Assembly (NCBI GenBank): GCA_037379345.1
Contig: CM074517.1
Location: forward strand, 13,702,001 to 13,766,000
Direction: 5' to 3'
Source: Perna viridis
Taxonomy: Eukaryota
DNA length: 64,000 bases
Positions 49,761 to 62,671 of the stretch are shown one piece after another; within the stretch, counting starts at the first letter, position 1, and every line of letters starts with the position of its first letter. The translations under genes and the position numbers were made by a program. The notes beneath the pieces are model-generated. The model was not told where the DNA came from, did no database searches, and saw only the letters and a program-made list of their open reading frames with translations.

Positions 49761-52700
49761 ATGGCTTCAGCAGATGAAGATAAAGATTTAAAAAGGTGTC
49801 AAAGATTACTGAATTACTACACAGAGGGCAGTGTCTATAAAGTTATAGGCAGGTGTTACAGCAAAGAAAACACAGAATGCTTAGTTCATATGTTAGAGGA
49901 AAAACGAGGCAAAGAGATCCTAGCAGAAGTTGAGAAATACAGCGAAAACTGCTCAGACCAACAGAAAGACATGCTTTTGTTCACTGTTGCTCTGTGTATG
50001 AAGGACAAAGACAGTGAACTGAAGCAGCATGCCAACAAAACATTTCTCTTGCTGTGTAAGACTGCAAGGGAACTTTTCACATTTTTAGAATTTCACAAAA
50101 AATTGTCTGCAAGGGACACTGCTTCTAGAGGATATGGGCGTTCATTGAAACGTACATTGAATGAATGGTACAACAGACAAGATCCAATGGACTTGGCCAT
50201 CATGACAATGAGGGATAACAGTGTCAATGGATGGTCACATGCTGATGTTCTTAAAATGGCACATATCAAAGGCAAATCTGAAGGTAAATATTTAACTTTT
50301 ATTTACTGAACATTGTAGTTTGGTTCAAAGTTTTTCTGAAATAATGCACTAATCGTACTTTTAGTCTATGATGCATTTACTAATATTAAGGTAGGTCATA
50401 CCTAATATTTGTAGTAGAGAAATTTTCCTAGTTTTTCTGGAAGATGACCTTGAATGAACTTAAGAATTTTAATGTAAAAATCATAGGTCACTGAAATTTA
50501 TTTAGAGATATTAGAGCCTTAATATAGACAATTTTTATTTGGATTCTGTGTCCCCCAACTCTTTTCCTTGTAATTTAAAAAAAAATACATTTCTATAGAA
50601 CATTTTCCTGTCAATTATCTCCCCTTAAAATAACTTTATACAATTCATGTTTGTAATTTTACCAAACAATTTTTTAGGTGAAAAATGCTTCACAAATAAT
50701 TTAAACATTATTAATTTATTGAAATTACATGTATATATATTTTTTATGATTTTGTAAGATGACAGAAAGTAATTAAGAAATAATTCCTGAATGCCGGACT
50801 TTATGTTTATTTAACATAGGGAAAGCACTATAATTGTCTATTTTTCACGGAGCATTATCGAGTTATAAAATCTTGACAAATGTAGTTAAGATAGGCATAA
50901 AGCTCATCATCCAGGAATTTTTTCTTTTCTAACGTGACAAAAAGTAATTTTTGTCGGTGAGGCACTCCATAAGAAAATGAAATATTTGGTCTTTCCAATT
51001 TTCTCTCCGTATCATTTTTTACAATAAAGTACAATTATTTTAACTGTTACAATAATAATATTTTAAATACATGCATGTGATTATAATAAGAAGTAACATT
51101 TATAATTATAAAACGGAAATTGAATCACATTTACCAATAAAATAACTAACAAAATCATGTCATGACAGCACATCATGTGACATAGATATAGGTAATTCGA
51201 TCAAGGTGGAAATCCCACTCTATGTTGCTATGTTAGTCTAACAAAATATCAACAAATCAAGATCCTCTGAAACACATTTCATTCTTTGTGAATAACATTT
51301 CAATTTTGATTTGCTAGTGGAACCATGTCCTTCAATGCTTGGTCGAAATCAGTCTGGCCAAAACAGTAATTTTACATGCATCATACAGCCAACATGTTGA
51401 CATTTCTGTGTGTTCTTATGTAGTATGTTAAGATTGTAATAGCATAGAGGCGTTTCTTGAGAAGTATCATTGACTTTGTTGCTTTCACAATTAGTAAATA
51501 AATAATTACAATTGATGAATACAATGAAAAGCAGTGATGAAAAGTTACATGTACCTCGTCATTACAATGATTGAGCAAGTGCAAGCATGGTTTTATGCTA
51601 CTTAGAGATCTCCATCTTTAACAAAGCAAACATGTCATGCCATGTTAGAATGCTCAGTGTAATAGGCATGATCTACCTCAAGAACAAAATTTAACAATAA
51701 ATTCTATTATTTTAATATTTACCCTCTCTAACAGAGTAATGCCAAAATTCAATATGACCTTGAAATAACTGAAATGAAATGTCATTAAAATAATGACTCC
51801 AGTCCTTAAAAAATAGTTATCAAGGGGATGAATCGATGGCCTGTTTTAAAATTTTTAATCTACATCACAGGACAGACTAAGAGTTTGTTTTTTCAAATAT
51901 ATATAAATGATTTAACAAGATATTATTGTGATCCAGCTAGTGTTATTATCAACTGAAATGTACTAAAACTTTTTATAGAATCAGTACTTTATACTAGACT
52001 GAACCATGAACACTGCGAATTTTAACTGAAACTCATAGCCAAATTGAAAATGCAGAGATATATACAGTGTATATACTAATTTAATGATATCTAGCGTTAA
52101 CATACATGTACATTTTACATTTAAGATTAGTCTTTGTATACAATTCAGGGGCGGATTAAGGCAGGGCATGGCGGGTAAGCACCCCCCTAAAATTTGCAAA
52201 GCATGGGTTGTCAGGGCTAGATTCAGGTGGTTTTAGGTTGATTTGTTTGTTTGTTTGTTGGGGTTTAACGTCCGAGCAGCAATATTTCAGCTATATTCAG
52301 ACAATGAAAATGAAATTGATGATAAAATGAACATGAAATGATGATGAAATGAAAAAGGGATGGGACAAAAGGACAATGGGGTCGACAAATTTTGATTGCC
52401 ACTGGAAATAGGGAGAGATGGGTAGGGTCGGGCAATTTAGCCTCCTGTGGCAGAGCCCTATGCTTCCTACTCCGGGAGAATACCACAGTAGGGTTCTTTA
52501 ATGTGCGAGGAACATGGCATCTTTCCCAACACGGTGCACCACTATGGTTTGCGGTCATGTTTTCCGTATTATAGCCTGACAACTCCAGCATGTAACACAC
52601 CAGGGGTACCCCATTCCACCACCTGGGCACACATCCCAGTTGCTCTGTGGGCAGAGTGCCCTAGCCCCCAGCTAAGGTTCTGAGCACTATTTAGTCGCCT

Positions 52701-55700
52701 TTTACGACAAGCTTAGCGCTGCTGCAGGCCTATTCTTTTAACACCTGGACCTGCATGGGGCGGTTTTAGGTTGAAACTTTAATTTCTCGCTAATTTTACC
52801 ACAAAATATATCTACATTGCATCCACTCTTGAAGAATATTTCCAAAATTTAATCTAAAAAAATTTAACTGAGTCCCCCCCATCCCCCCCTCCTAATCTAA
52901 AATCCTGGATCCACCCCTGTATAATGTGTTCCATTGTGTGGAGGTTCCTGGCTGAGTTTGAAGCAATGGTCTGATTGATTCATTCTTGTTGATTCACACA
53001 TACTAATCTCAGATAAAGTCTTCTATAGGTTTTAATCTTTAAAACATAAATAAGTGTATGCTAAAAGATTGATTAGTCTATAATTTGCTTAAAAATGAAA
53101 GCCATTAATGTAAATAATTTTTATTGATTTGATTAACAGCTGCAGTTGATAACATTGCAAGAAGGATATTTAACTAATGCTATAATGATATTCAGATACT
53201 TTGCTTAAATGAAGTTAAATGAGTTATTTCTTAAGTTTTAAGATATTGAAAGAGTTTTAAAGGGGGCCAAAAAGGTTCTTATGTTTTGAGGAACTTTTAA
53301 TGTTTCCTTCTTTCATGATTAATGCAATATTCTGAGATGCATTTTATAACAGAGGAATTTCACTTCAAATGAATTAACTGGAAATCTGCCAAAACCATAA
53401 CAATTACCGGAAATATTCTGTTTGTCTAGTTTCACTACATGTACAACAACTGCCATTTAGACTGTGCCATTCTTAGTAATACATGTACCTGTAGTTACGT
53501 TGTTATGTTGAATTTTGTTTTTGCTCCAATGTGTCTTGTAGTGATTGATGCCAAATTATTTTAAATGATGACATGCACCAAGATACATGAAATATATTAC
53601 ATAACAATCTTGGATAATCATACATGTTCATGTAGAACATGTTACCTTCAATTTTAAACATAAGTAGATAGCAATTACTGTGAATGCTTTTCAAGGCAGA
53701 GCAAAATCATGGTCACATAATGCAAGGGGTCTTTAATAAATACAGATTAATTTTACAATAGCATGCACTACATAGGGATATAAAAGCCACAATCTTGTAA
53801 GACAGGTTACTGTTGAATACATGTGGTCACTAAGACAGGTTGACTCTATTTAAAGGAAGCTTATAACCTTATATGTATTTATAATTAGTTTTACTACCAA
53901 TGTCCTGCAAAATAAATCAGTGATCATTTATAAAAAAATAAGTAGCTCTCAGAATGATTGGAATATAATTGTTTTTATATTATAGACATTTTTTTTTTTA
54001 AATTCCACATGTTATTAAGTTTGACCAAGGCATTTTCTGTTTTTATTTTTAAAATCTGAACAGGAATAATTAGAAGGAATTTCTTGTGACATGTTTTAGA
54101 AAGCATGTATAATCAAGTAACTGTAACTACCTAGTCTTTACTAAATACCCTTTACAAGTAAGTAAGGATGGAAGATAAGTTTCTATTTATCTATCTGTCC
54201 ATCTCATTGTCTGTCAGATATAATTTTGCTTAAATGAAGTTAAATGGGTTATTTCCAAGTTTTAAGATATTGAAAGATCACTATGGGAATGTGCATATTG
54301 GCAAGTATATAAGGTATTGGGAATTTTCTTTCAATATGTTTTATAAATGATATCAGTACAGACATGGGTACCACACACGCTGCAGTCGAGGGGAGGGGAA
54401 TCAATCCTGTTACGGCATGTTCTTGTTTTATTTGAAAGATTCCCATAAAAGTGAATAATAAAAGAAATGTGTTATTTCTGTTTGCTTATCCATAAGGCCT
54501 GAACTAAAGATTTTTATTTGAATCTTTTGTGGTACTGTACATGTATATGTATTTATTTTTCGCAGTTGTTAACTTTTGCTTGATTTTGTCAAATAAACAT
54601 TTTTGCGGGTATGAATTTTCACTGTTTAAAAAAAATGATTAGCATTGTTCATTGTATTGTGTTAAAAAATAATTTCATTGAATAGTGTTATTCATTATAC
54701 AGAGTTAAAAATCAATTTCGTGGGTTTCATGTTTTTTTGACATTGCAAAATTAATACCTCATAAAAATTAATAGGTTTACACTAGATAATTACATGTACA
54801 TGTACAACATGTTCATCAAGTGGACATGTAATTTCATTTCATAGGACAATTAGAGGTGTATTGACTCAGTCCCTTTATGTGAACTTCAATTGTAATTATC
54901 TTTCCAGGATCATCATTGATATTCAAGTACCTTATTAAAGGTAGAAAAGGAAGAGATGAGGTTTTGAAGCAAGATAACCAACCAGAAAATGTGCAAAAAG
55001 TTTTAGACTACCTCAAAATGGTACACCAAATCCATCACTGTACCGATGAACATACAGTAGCCAGACTTATTGAGCAGCATAACCTTGGCACGCAACATGT
55101 GCCTACAGGTCTATTGACTTCCAAAGAGGTAAAGTAAAAATATCTTATGTTTTAAGACAATTTTAGTGTTTGTTTTCAAAATCTTATCACACAAGGCAAT
55201 AGACGACTTTCACATTCAACATTTATGTCGAATCCGGTGGAATCTGGTTCATGGTTTCATTCCAGACAAAGAAAGGGTGTTGGATTTGAAGGCTACGAGA
55301 ACAGTATTAGTTATGTGTAAATACGTTTCCCACCAATATAATACATGTACCATTTAAAAACTCCTGGCCGTAACCAATCAAGTTTCTGTTCCCTTGGCTT
55401 CCATTGCAATGTCTCCTGATCTTGCACCAGCTGACCCCAGTTGACCTTTATATAATTGAGGGTCACGCTGGGCTTCACCAATGTCACAATTTGTGATTTT
55501 TTATTTGATCATGGCCATGTGCATGTGTCTACATACAGGTTTCACAGCCCTTTTAAACTACAGATACATTCTGAAACAGATTAACCTTATAACAGAGTAA
55601 ATTAAATCCAACTAAGAATGGTTATCCCATCAGGAAGTGTCTAAAACACTTTGAAATGCAAGAATTGATAAAAGAAAATGGATGACATTTGTTTTGCCAT

Positions 55701-58700
55701 GTGGCTTTTTTTGGCAGGAAAATCAGTAAACAAATAGAATGGGGATTTCCAAAATCTAATAAATGAAATAATGAAGGCATTAAGTAATAATGAATCAGAT
55801 ATCAAGCAGGAGTACAAGAGATAATTAAAAAGGAACACAGTTTATTGTCCATTGTAGTTTGCTAGAAATGTTATCACTTGAAAAAAGAATCAAGTTTGTT
55901 GAAAATTTATAGATAAAAAATCATTAGAATTTTAGACAAATTTAATTAAGACCACAAAGGACAAAGGTAAACATGGTTTAAAATCAGGGACTATATGAGC
56001 ATAGTAATAGAAAGTCCTTGATAGTAATTAAACACCTTTTTTCTGGAGTAGTACTTTATTATTTTGCATATAAAAAGTGACTAATGGTTTTAGATCCTAA
56101 GATTAGAGCTAAATACCAGCTTTACACATTGAAACTTCAGATTTCCAATGAAAAGTTGTACAATTTTGTTAAAGTTTTAGAGACAGAACTTTTTAAAAGG
56201 ATGATCAACAAAAAGAAATAACACTTATTTTTTGTAGACTTCATACTACATGTAATACATCTTTAATAATCTTTTACATCGTTTAGATTAATGAAAAGCA
56301 AAATCAACTGAATGTTAGTTTACAGAAATTTCAAAAAATTTGCATAGAAATGATATACTTTCAAGAATGACATAAAATATGATACTGGATGACATAATTA
56401 ATTGAATATATGCTAATTTCCAATGAATTGATCATCAGTTTTTGAATTGATCAGTAGGATCCTATTCAATATAAAAACCATTTAATCCTAACATCACTAT
56501 AAGTTGAATATTAATTGTACTCTATATACAAGTTACTTTTTTGTATAAAGTCTTAAATAATATTATCTAAAAATTATTTCACAAACATGGATCATACAAT
56601 TCAACATTTCAAAAACATAATTGTTAGGTTGACCGAGACCACAAACATCAGTTTGTTAACAGTGTTTGAAAATGTACATCACAAAGGTAATGTTTTACAT
56701 GAACTGGTACTTTACTTTGAGACATTAAATGAATGTTGAAGTAAGGATCTCTCATGTTGAGTTATCGCTTCTTTTAATTACAGGTGTGGGGATCACTGAT
56801 AGGTGAGATGACTGTAGGAGAGGTCCTACAAAACTTCAACAAACTTGCCAAGATAGGGTTCCTGGAATCTGCCTATGAAAACAGTAACAAGGTTGTGGAG
56901 ATGTTGCGCAATGAAGAGATGCTTCAGAAATCAAAGTAATCGTTATATATATTTTAGGATGTAGTTTGTTGATTTCATAATTAGATCTAATGCATTTTAG
57001 TAGTAAATAACATTAGAAATAAGGTAGCCAGTTATCTTTGGAGAATAGGTTATAAAGTGTTTTCTGGTTATCCAGGTTTTTCAAAGGAGATATGAGGCGA
57101 ATTTCACTGCTTCACTTCAATGAAATCACCTGTTAAAATTTCAATTTTGTAAGAAAAATTTTTAAAACATAAAAAAAATAATAAAAATCTGATAAATACA
57201 TGACCAATATTTCGTGCAACACATAGGCTGCGTCTGTTCTAAAATATGAAGAAACTAGTCATATTAGAATTGTAATAAATCATGGAAACTATATTTTATT
57301 ATTGTTTTACCACAGCTGGCTTTTTCTTAATTTGACAGTAAACTTAGAGTTATTTATAAATGTCAAAATATATACAAATATACAAATGAATTACATTCTC
57401 TCTATTTTTTTTCAGAGTACAACCAATCGATGTTTTGATTGCCAAGAATGTGTATGAAAATGGCAAGGGTGGCAAAGTCACCTGGGCAATAAATGAAGCT
57501 GTTGTTGATGCTCTCAACTTTGCCCTGGAATTCACTATTAAGGTTTGTTATTTAGCATGTTTTTGTAGCTTATATTCCTACTTGTAACATATATTCTATG
57601 GGAATTTCTTTATGTAAAATTAGTGGGAGACCTTTCAACAATTTAGTTTTTTATAAAAAATGCAGTTTAGTTGTGATCTTAGGAAAACTTCTATACGCTT
57701 ACGCTTGCATGTTTTGCATGCTGTTTATGAATATAATTCTTTGGAAAATATGCATTGTATATTCAACATTATTTTTCAATAGAAATGATAGCTTTATATC
57801 AAATATTTTCCCATTTGTAATGCCATTGGTCACAACTTATAATAACAATGTTCATTTATCTTCCTGTAACTACCAATTTAATATCAGATTTATGTATAAA
57901 AGAAAACTATAGAACTACTGATATCTAGTTGCATTCTTAATAAACTATCAAGATGTAAATTTTGTATTCATATTTATAACTGAGTGTCATTTTAAACTTC
58001 AGAATACTAAGTCAACTAATAAGCGTTACCTTATTGGGGTTAGAGTTGGGGCCAACACAAAGAAATCCACAGTGCGAGGCTGTAAGACACTGTCCACAGT
58101 ATTTGCCTCTGCTTCTATTGCCATGGTTACAGCCAGGAAAGAGGACAAAGTTCAGTTTGTTTATTTCACAGACAAAGCCACTCAACTGTCCTTGAACTCA
58201 GAATCTTCCCTCAATGAAATTGTTGAAGACATTTCTAAACAAATTGTAGTTTCGTCATCGACACCCACCGCAGGAGATGGGGTAAGAGTTTTATTTTAAT
58301 CATATTTCTGATAGTACCCAAGAAATAATTCTTTTATTCTAAGGAAAAAGTTTACGTATCTTATATTTAAAATGGGACGCTTAATGACCTTGATTACTGT
58401 GGAAGAACCATTGTTTGTTAGGTACAAATCGGGCTAGTAAGTGTCGTCACATGACACTATGAATTTACAAGAATGTGTCCCGAACTCCTATTCAAAAACA
58501 TTGGTATTGTGTGTGTGTATATATAATAAAAACTACAATGTTATCAACAAAAAACTCTTATATATAAATATAATGGTACAAATATGACCCTTGTTTATAC
58601 AGTAAAAACTAAAATGTTATCAACAAAAACCTCTTTTATGTAAATATAATGATACAAATATGACCATTTAACTATTTCTACACTTCAGTTATTAATGGTA

Positions 58701-61700
58701 ATAAAACACAACTAGAAATTATTGAGATGGAATCCATATCTGTTGGCACCGCCTTGGTAATTAAGTCATATATACATGAAATGGATTTACGTGATCTGAA
58801 ACTTTGTCTACTATACATGACAAATATGTTGTAATAACAGCAGACAAAGCCCAACACAACATTGTTTTTTTTCTGCAAAACGTTTTACATCAAATGTTTA
58901 TTATCAGAGGTAGACATAGAAAATAATAGCAGTGATAAGACCTATACTGCTACCACACTCTCCAAAGAAGATATTGTGGAAAACCAGAAATCTGTGCTAT
59001 CCTCTTTTGGTCTCTCTACCAAGGAAGATGATTGTGATTTACCATCTATGTACTGGATTCCTAAACTTCACAAGAATCCATACAAACAACATTTCATGGC
59101 TGGATCTGCAAAATGTACCACCAAACCTCTTTCAAAACTTTTAACTTCTATACTCACAACTGTCAAAGAGGGTCTACAGTCCTACTATAATACTTGTTAC
59201 TCCTGTAGTGGTATTAATTCAATGTGGATCCTGAAAAATTCGAAAGATCTTTTGGAGACAATCAGTTCAAGACTATTATCTGAATATAATAGCATTAAAA
59301 CCTATGATTTTTCAACACTGTATACTTCTATTCCCCATACTCAGTTAAAATCTCGACTTAAAATCATTATACATTGTTGTTTTACCAAAAAATATGGTAC
59401 ACCTAGATACAAATATATAGTTCTTGGTAGAGATTCCTCATATTTTGTAAGAAATAATTCCAAATCATCTTCCAAATATACAGAGGAAGATGTTTACAAA
59501 ATGCTGAAATTTTTAATTGACAACATATTTATCCAGTGTGGTGGACGTGTTTTTCAGCAAACGGTTGGCATTCCAATGAGAACAAATTGTGCTCCTTTAC
59601 TTGCTGACCTTTTCCTTCTCTCTTATGAGGCTGACTTTATAGCTAATCTGATCCGAAAGAAAGAATATCGTTCAGCTAGATCCTTTAATCTCAGTTTCTG
59701 ATATATAGATGACGTATTATGTTAAAACAATCCTAATTTCGAGGATTTGATACATCGCATCTACCCCAAAGAACTTCAGATAAAGGATACTACAGGCACT
59801 GTGAAGTCGGCCTCATATCTTGACCTACACTTAGAAATCGATGGTAAAGGAAAACTATTGACCAAACTTTATGACAAACGTGATGACTTTTCATTCAAAA
59901 TTGTCAACTTTCCTTTCATCTGTGGCAACATCCCTTCAGCACCTGCGTATGGAGTTTTCATATCACAACTCATACGTTATGACAGAGCTTGCTGAAACTA
60001 CACAGACTTCTTGTATCGCGCTAAAACTCTAACAAATAGGCTTCTTGAACAGGGTTATCTTGCTACAAGATTGAAGTCGTCACTATAGAAGTTTTATGGT
60101 CATCATGAACTCGTGGATTGTTATGGTGTATCTACATGTATCTGCACCATGAAAACTGATTTATTCAATGGGTCATAGATTTCCTTTCCTCGTTTGTCTA
60201 CCCCGGACTTGACTTTTTATGAGCAACTCGGCGGGTGTTTCTAGAAAAACAGAGGACGCTTACCCTACTGATGCACCTGGTTCATGCTCCCAGTTTTTAG
60301 TGGAGTCCGAGTTGCTCATTTGCTTTTGTTACTTTGTATGTATGATTTTAGTTACTTCATGTTCTTTGTGTGTGTCCGTTTTCCTTGTCTGGTCTTTGTC
60401 CCTGGATTACATTCTTTTGATTACCGCTATAACCTTGGTTCAGTTGATTACTCTATCTACCCACATGCCAAATGTCAAAAGCCCACATGGAAAGACAAAA
60501 AAATTACAGCCTGGAAAAGAGTTCGTCAATGGAAAAATAGGAGTTTTACCTTGAGGTAAAAGATCATAGACAAGGTCATAGGCTTCTATCCATGGTACAC
60601 TACACATCATCTTTACATGATCTACATACATGCCAAATATAAAAAGATCACATCTAAAAACAAAAAAAAATTACAGCCCAGACAAGAATTTTTCTCTGAA
60701 AAATATGGAATTTGACCTTGACATCAAAGTTCAAGGTCATAGTCTAGTATCCATGGAATGTGACATGTTTTTAGGTGATCTATCCACATGAAAAGTATCA
60801 GAAGTCCACATTAAAAGATAAAAAAAATCACAACCAAGACACAAGTGTGTCACTGAAAAAAAAACATGAATTTGACCTTGAGGTGAAAGTTCAAGGTCAT
60901 AGGCCACATGCCACATAATCTTAAGGTGATTTACCTACTGGAACATGTTGAATATCAAAAGGCTACATGGAAAGACTAAAAAGTTATAGCCTGGACATGA
61001 GTGTGTAATGGATGGACAGACATTATAGGGCAACCACTGCTTTTTCTGGTGGGGCCCTAATTAAAAATTCTTACAACTAACCATTATATTGATGTGCTTT
61101 GAAGTAGCAAACTTATACAAGCCAGTCTTGGCGTTTTATGTGTACGATCGGTACTATTTCCGGATAAGAAATTAGTCAAAAACAAAACAAGCCCAATAGT
61201 CATGGTGTTTTTGTCAAATTTTGAATTAAAATTCTTGATGAAATGTTAAACTATGAAAACATTGATTCATTGATGAAAAAAACTGGTGGACATTTGATTA
61301 ACCATGAAAAAAGTCCCTTCTTAAGTATTAATTTCAGTACCAAGTACCATGGTACTTTTGAAAATCACAACATAATTGAATGACTATGGCCAAGTAAAAG
61401 AAAGTTTGGTTCTCAGTTCCTCCCTTGTCTCTTTAAATGCCTTTGAGGGTTCCTCATTTCCTACCTCTTGAAATATAAACAAAAGCACCTTTATATCAAA
61501 GTTTTATTGGCCATGAAAAGGGTCAAAGTAATGTCTGTCTCTTCCTCCTTTATTAATTTTTATGAAAAACGAACCACAAAATTAACTATGAATTTCCTAT
61601 ATTATTAGTTCTTGTTTGCAATTATTAGATTTGTATAATTGTAGATGTCTGATTTTAATATTTTTTTTCAAAGGATATGCCAAAAGTCCCATGTGACCTG

Positions 61701-62671
61701 ACAGCCCCAATCAGATGGGCCACTGAAAACAGGAAGCAGATTGATGTATTTATCACAATTACAGATGCTTATCATAGAACTGGGGAAATAACTCCTCCTA
61801 AAGCACTCATGCAGTACAGAAAAGAAATGAACATGCCAAAAGCCAAGTAAGATTGAGAACTATGTTTTAGGGGGAAAATATAACAACAAATTAGGCATAA
61901 TCTAAAGAAAATGTGGATAACAATATGCATAGTAAAACATTTCAAAAAGAAACGAGAGGGTCTGTTAAAATGTCATTTTTATTGACTTTCACTCTATTGT
62001 TGACCCAGAAATTATTCCTTTTATTATTTAGGGAGTATGACATGATATAATTAGACTTTTTCATAAGATCCACTGTGTAAAGTATTTGGTTTTACTGGAT
62101 CATGGTGTATAAATTGGTGTTGCACTAAAATATGAATTTGGTTCCTAGAAACTTTTATGCAATGAACAAATAAACAAAATACCTCTCTTTTGGCACAGAC
62201 ATTGATAACCATATATATCTGTTGAAATGTAGAAATGTAAATTCAGAATTTTATTAAATTTTTTTGTCATTATGAAGTTGAAGTTGCAACTGACTTCAAA
62301 TAGTAATAATTATTTAAACTTACATTGTGGAACTTGTAACATATCTAATAAGCTTTTTTTTTTCGATTGCAAAAACTAAAATCTTATAAATTAACTTACA
62401 TGACAAAAATGTAATAATTCATGCAAGCAATGATTTCTTTATTATAATATTTATTTGTACATCAAAAGATGTATAACTAAAGATAATATAAAGAGATCCT
62501 GCAGTCATCATGTGAAAAAAAAAATCTTCATTTTACAGGCTGGTGACGTGCGGATTGTGCAATGCTAATATGAAATCAGCTGACCCAAGTGATCCTGGAA
62601 TGATAGACATTGCTGGTTTTGACAGCACTGTCCCTTCAGTTATCAGTAAATTCATCCTCCATGACTTTTGA
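49761..62671 (+). CDS. RO60: Divergent Ro60 / TROVE2-like RNA-binding protein (TROVE + vWA), 535 aa
   Basis: Exons 49761-50283, 54908-55128, 56784-56935, 57416-57542, 58003-58281, 61674-61846, 62539-62671; 1608 nt in frame. Motifs GYGRSLKR..WYN, NGWSHADVLKMAH, LIEQH, DVFITITD, ADPSDPGMIDIAGFD. Confidence 0.93.
52146..52919. mobile_element. MITE (CAGGGGCGGAT..ATCCACCCCTG termini) split by a SINE insertion
   Basis: Terminal inverted repeats at 52146 and 52909-52919. Confidence 0.65.
52242..52761 (-). mobile_element. SINE-like retroposon with a 13-bp TSD
   Basis: TSD ggttttaggttga at 52229-52241 and 52762-52774; (aaac)n tail; head with RTE-like cttgtcgtaaaaggcgactaaa. Confidence 0.85.
58527..58666. 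repeat. About 77-bp tandem duplication x2
   Basis: taaaaacta.aatgttatcaacaaaaa.ctctt.tat.taaatataatg.tacaaatatgacc occurs twice. Confidence 0.8.
58780..60454 (+). mobile_element. 5'-truncated, decayed Penelope-like retroelement (RT) in Ro60-like intron 5
   Basis: RT motifs YWIPKLHK, ILKNS, YDFSTLYTSIPH, GIPMRTNCAPLLADLFL, F*YIDD, LYDKRDDF, YGVFISQLIRY; in-frame stops and a frameshift after YIDDVL. Confidence 0.92.
60455..61062. mobile_element. HINE-like element with about three diverged ttgaccttga..caaggtcat units
   Basis: Units near 60545, 60712 and 60872; tggatggacagac; terminal tagggc..gcccta. Confidence 0.6.

Noticed and set aside
59699-59995. In-frame TGA codons in the PLE RT as possible selenocysteine
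   Set aside because: They fall at probable Arg positions (FRYIDD; CGA->TGA decay) and co-occur with a frameshift and a TAG; no SECIS is evident.
60262-60295. ctgatg as a hammerhead ribozyme core in the PLE tail
   Set aside because: No CTGANGA..GAAA core with supporting stems.
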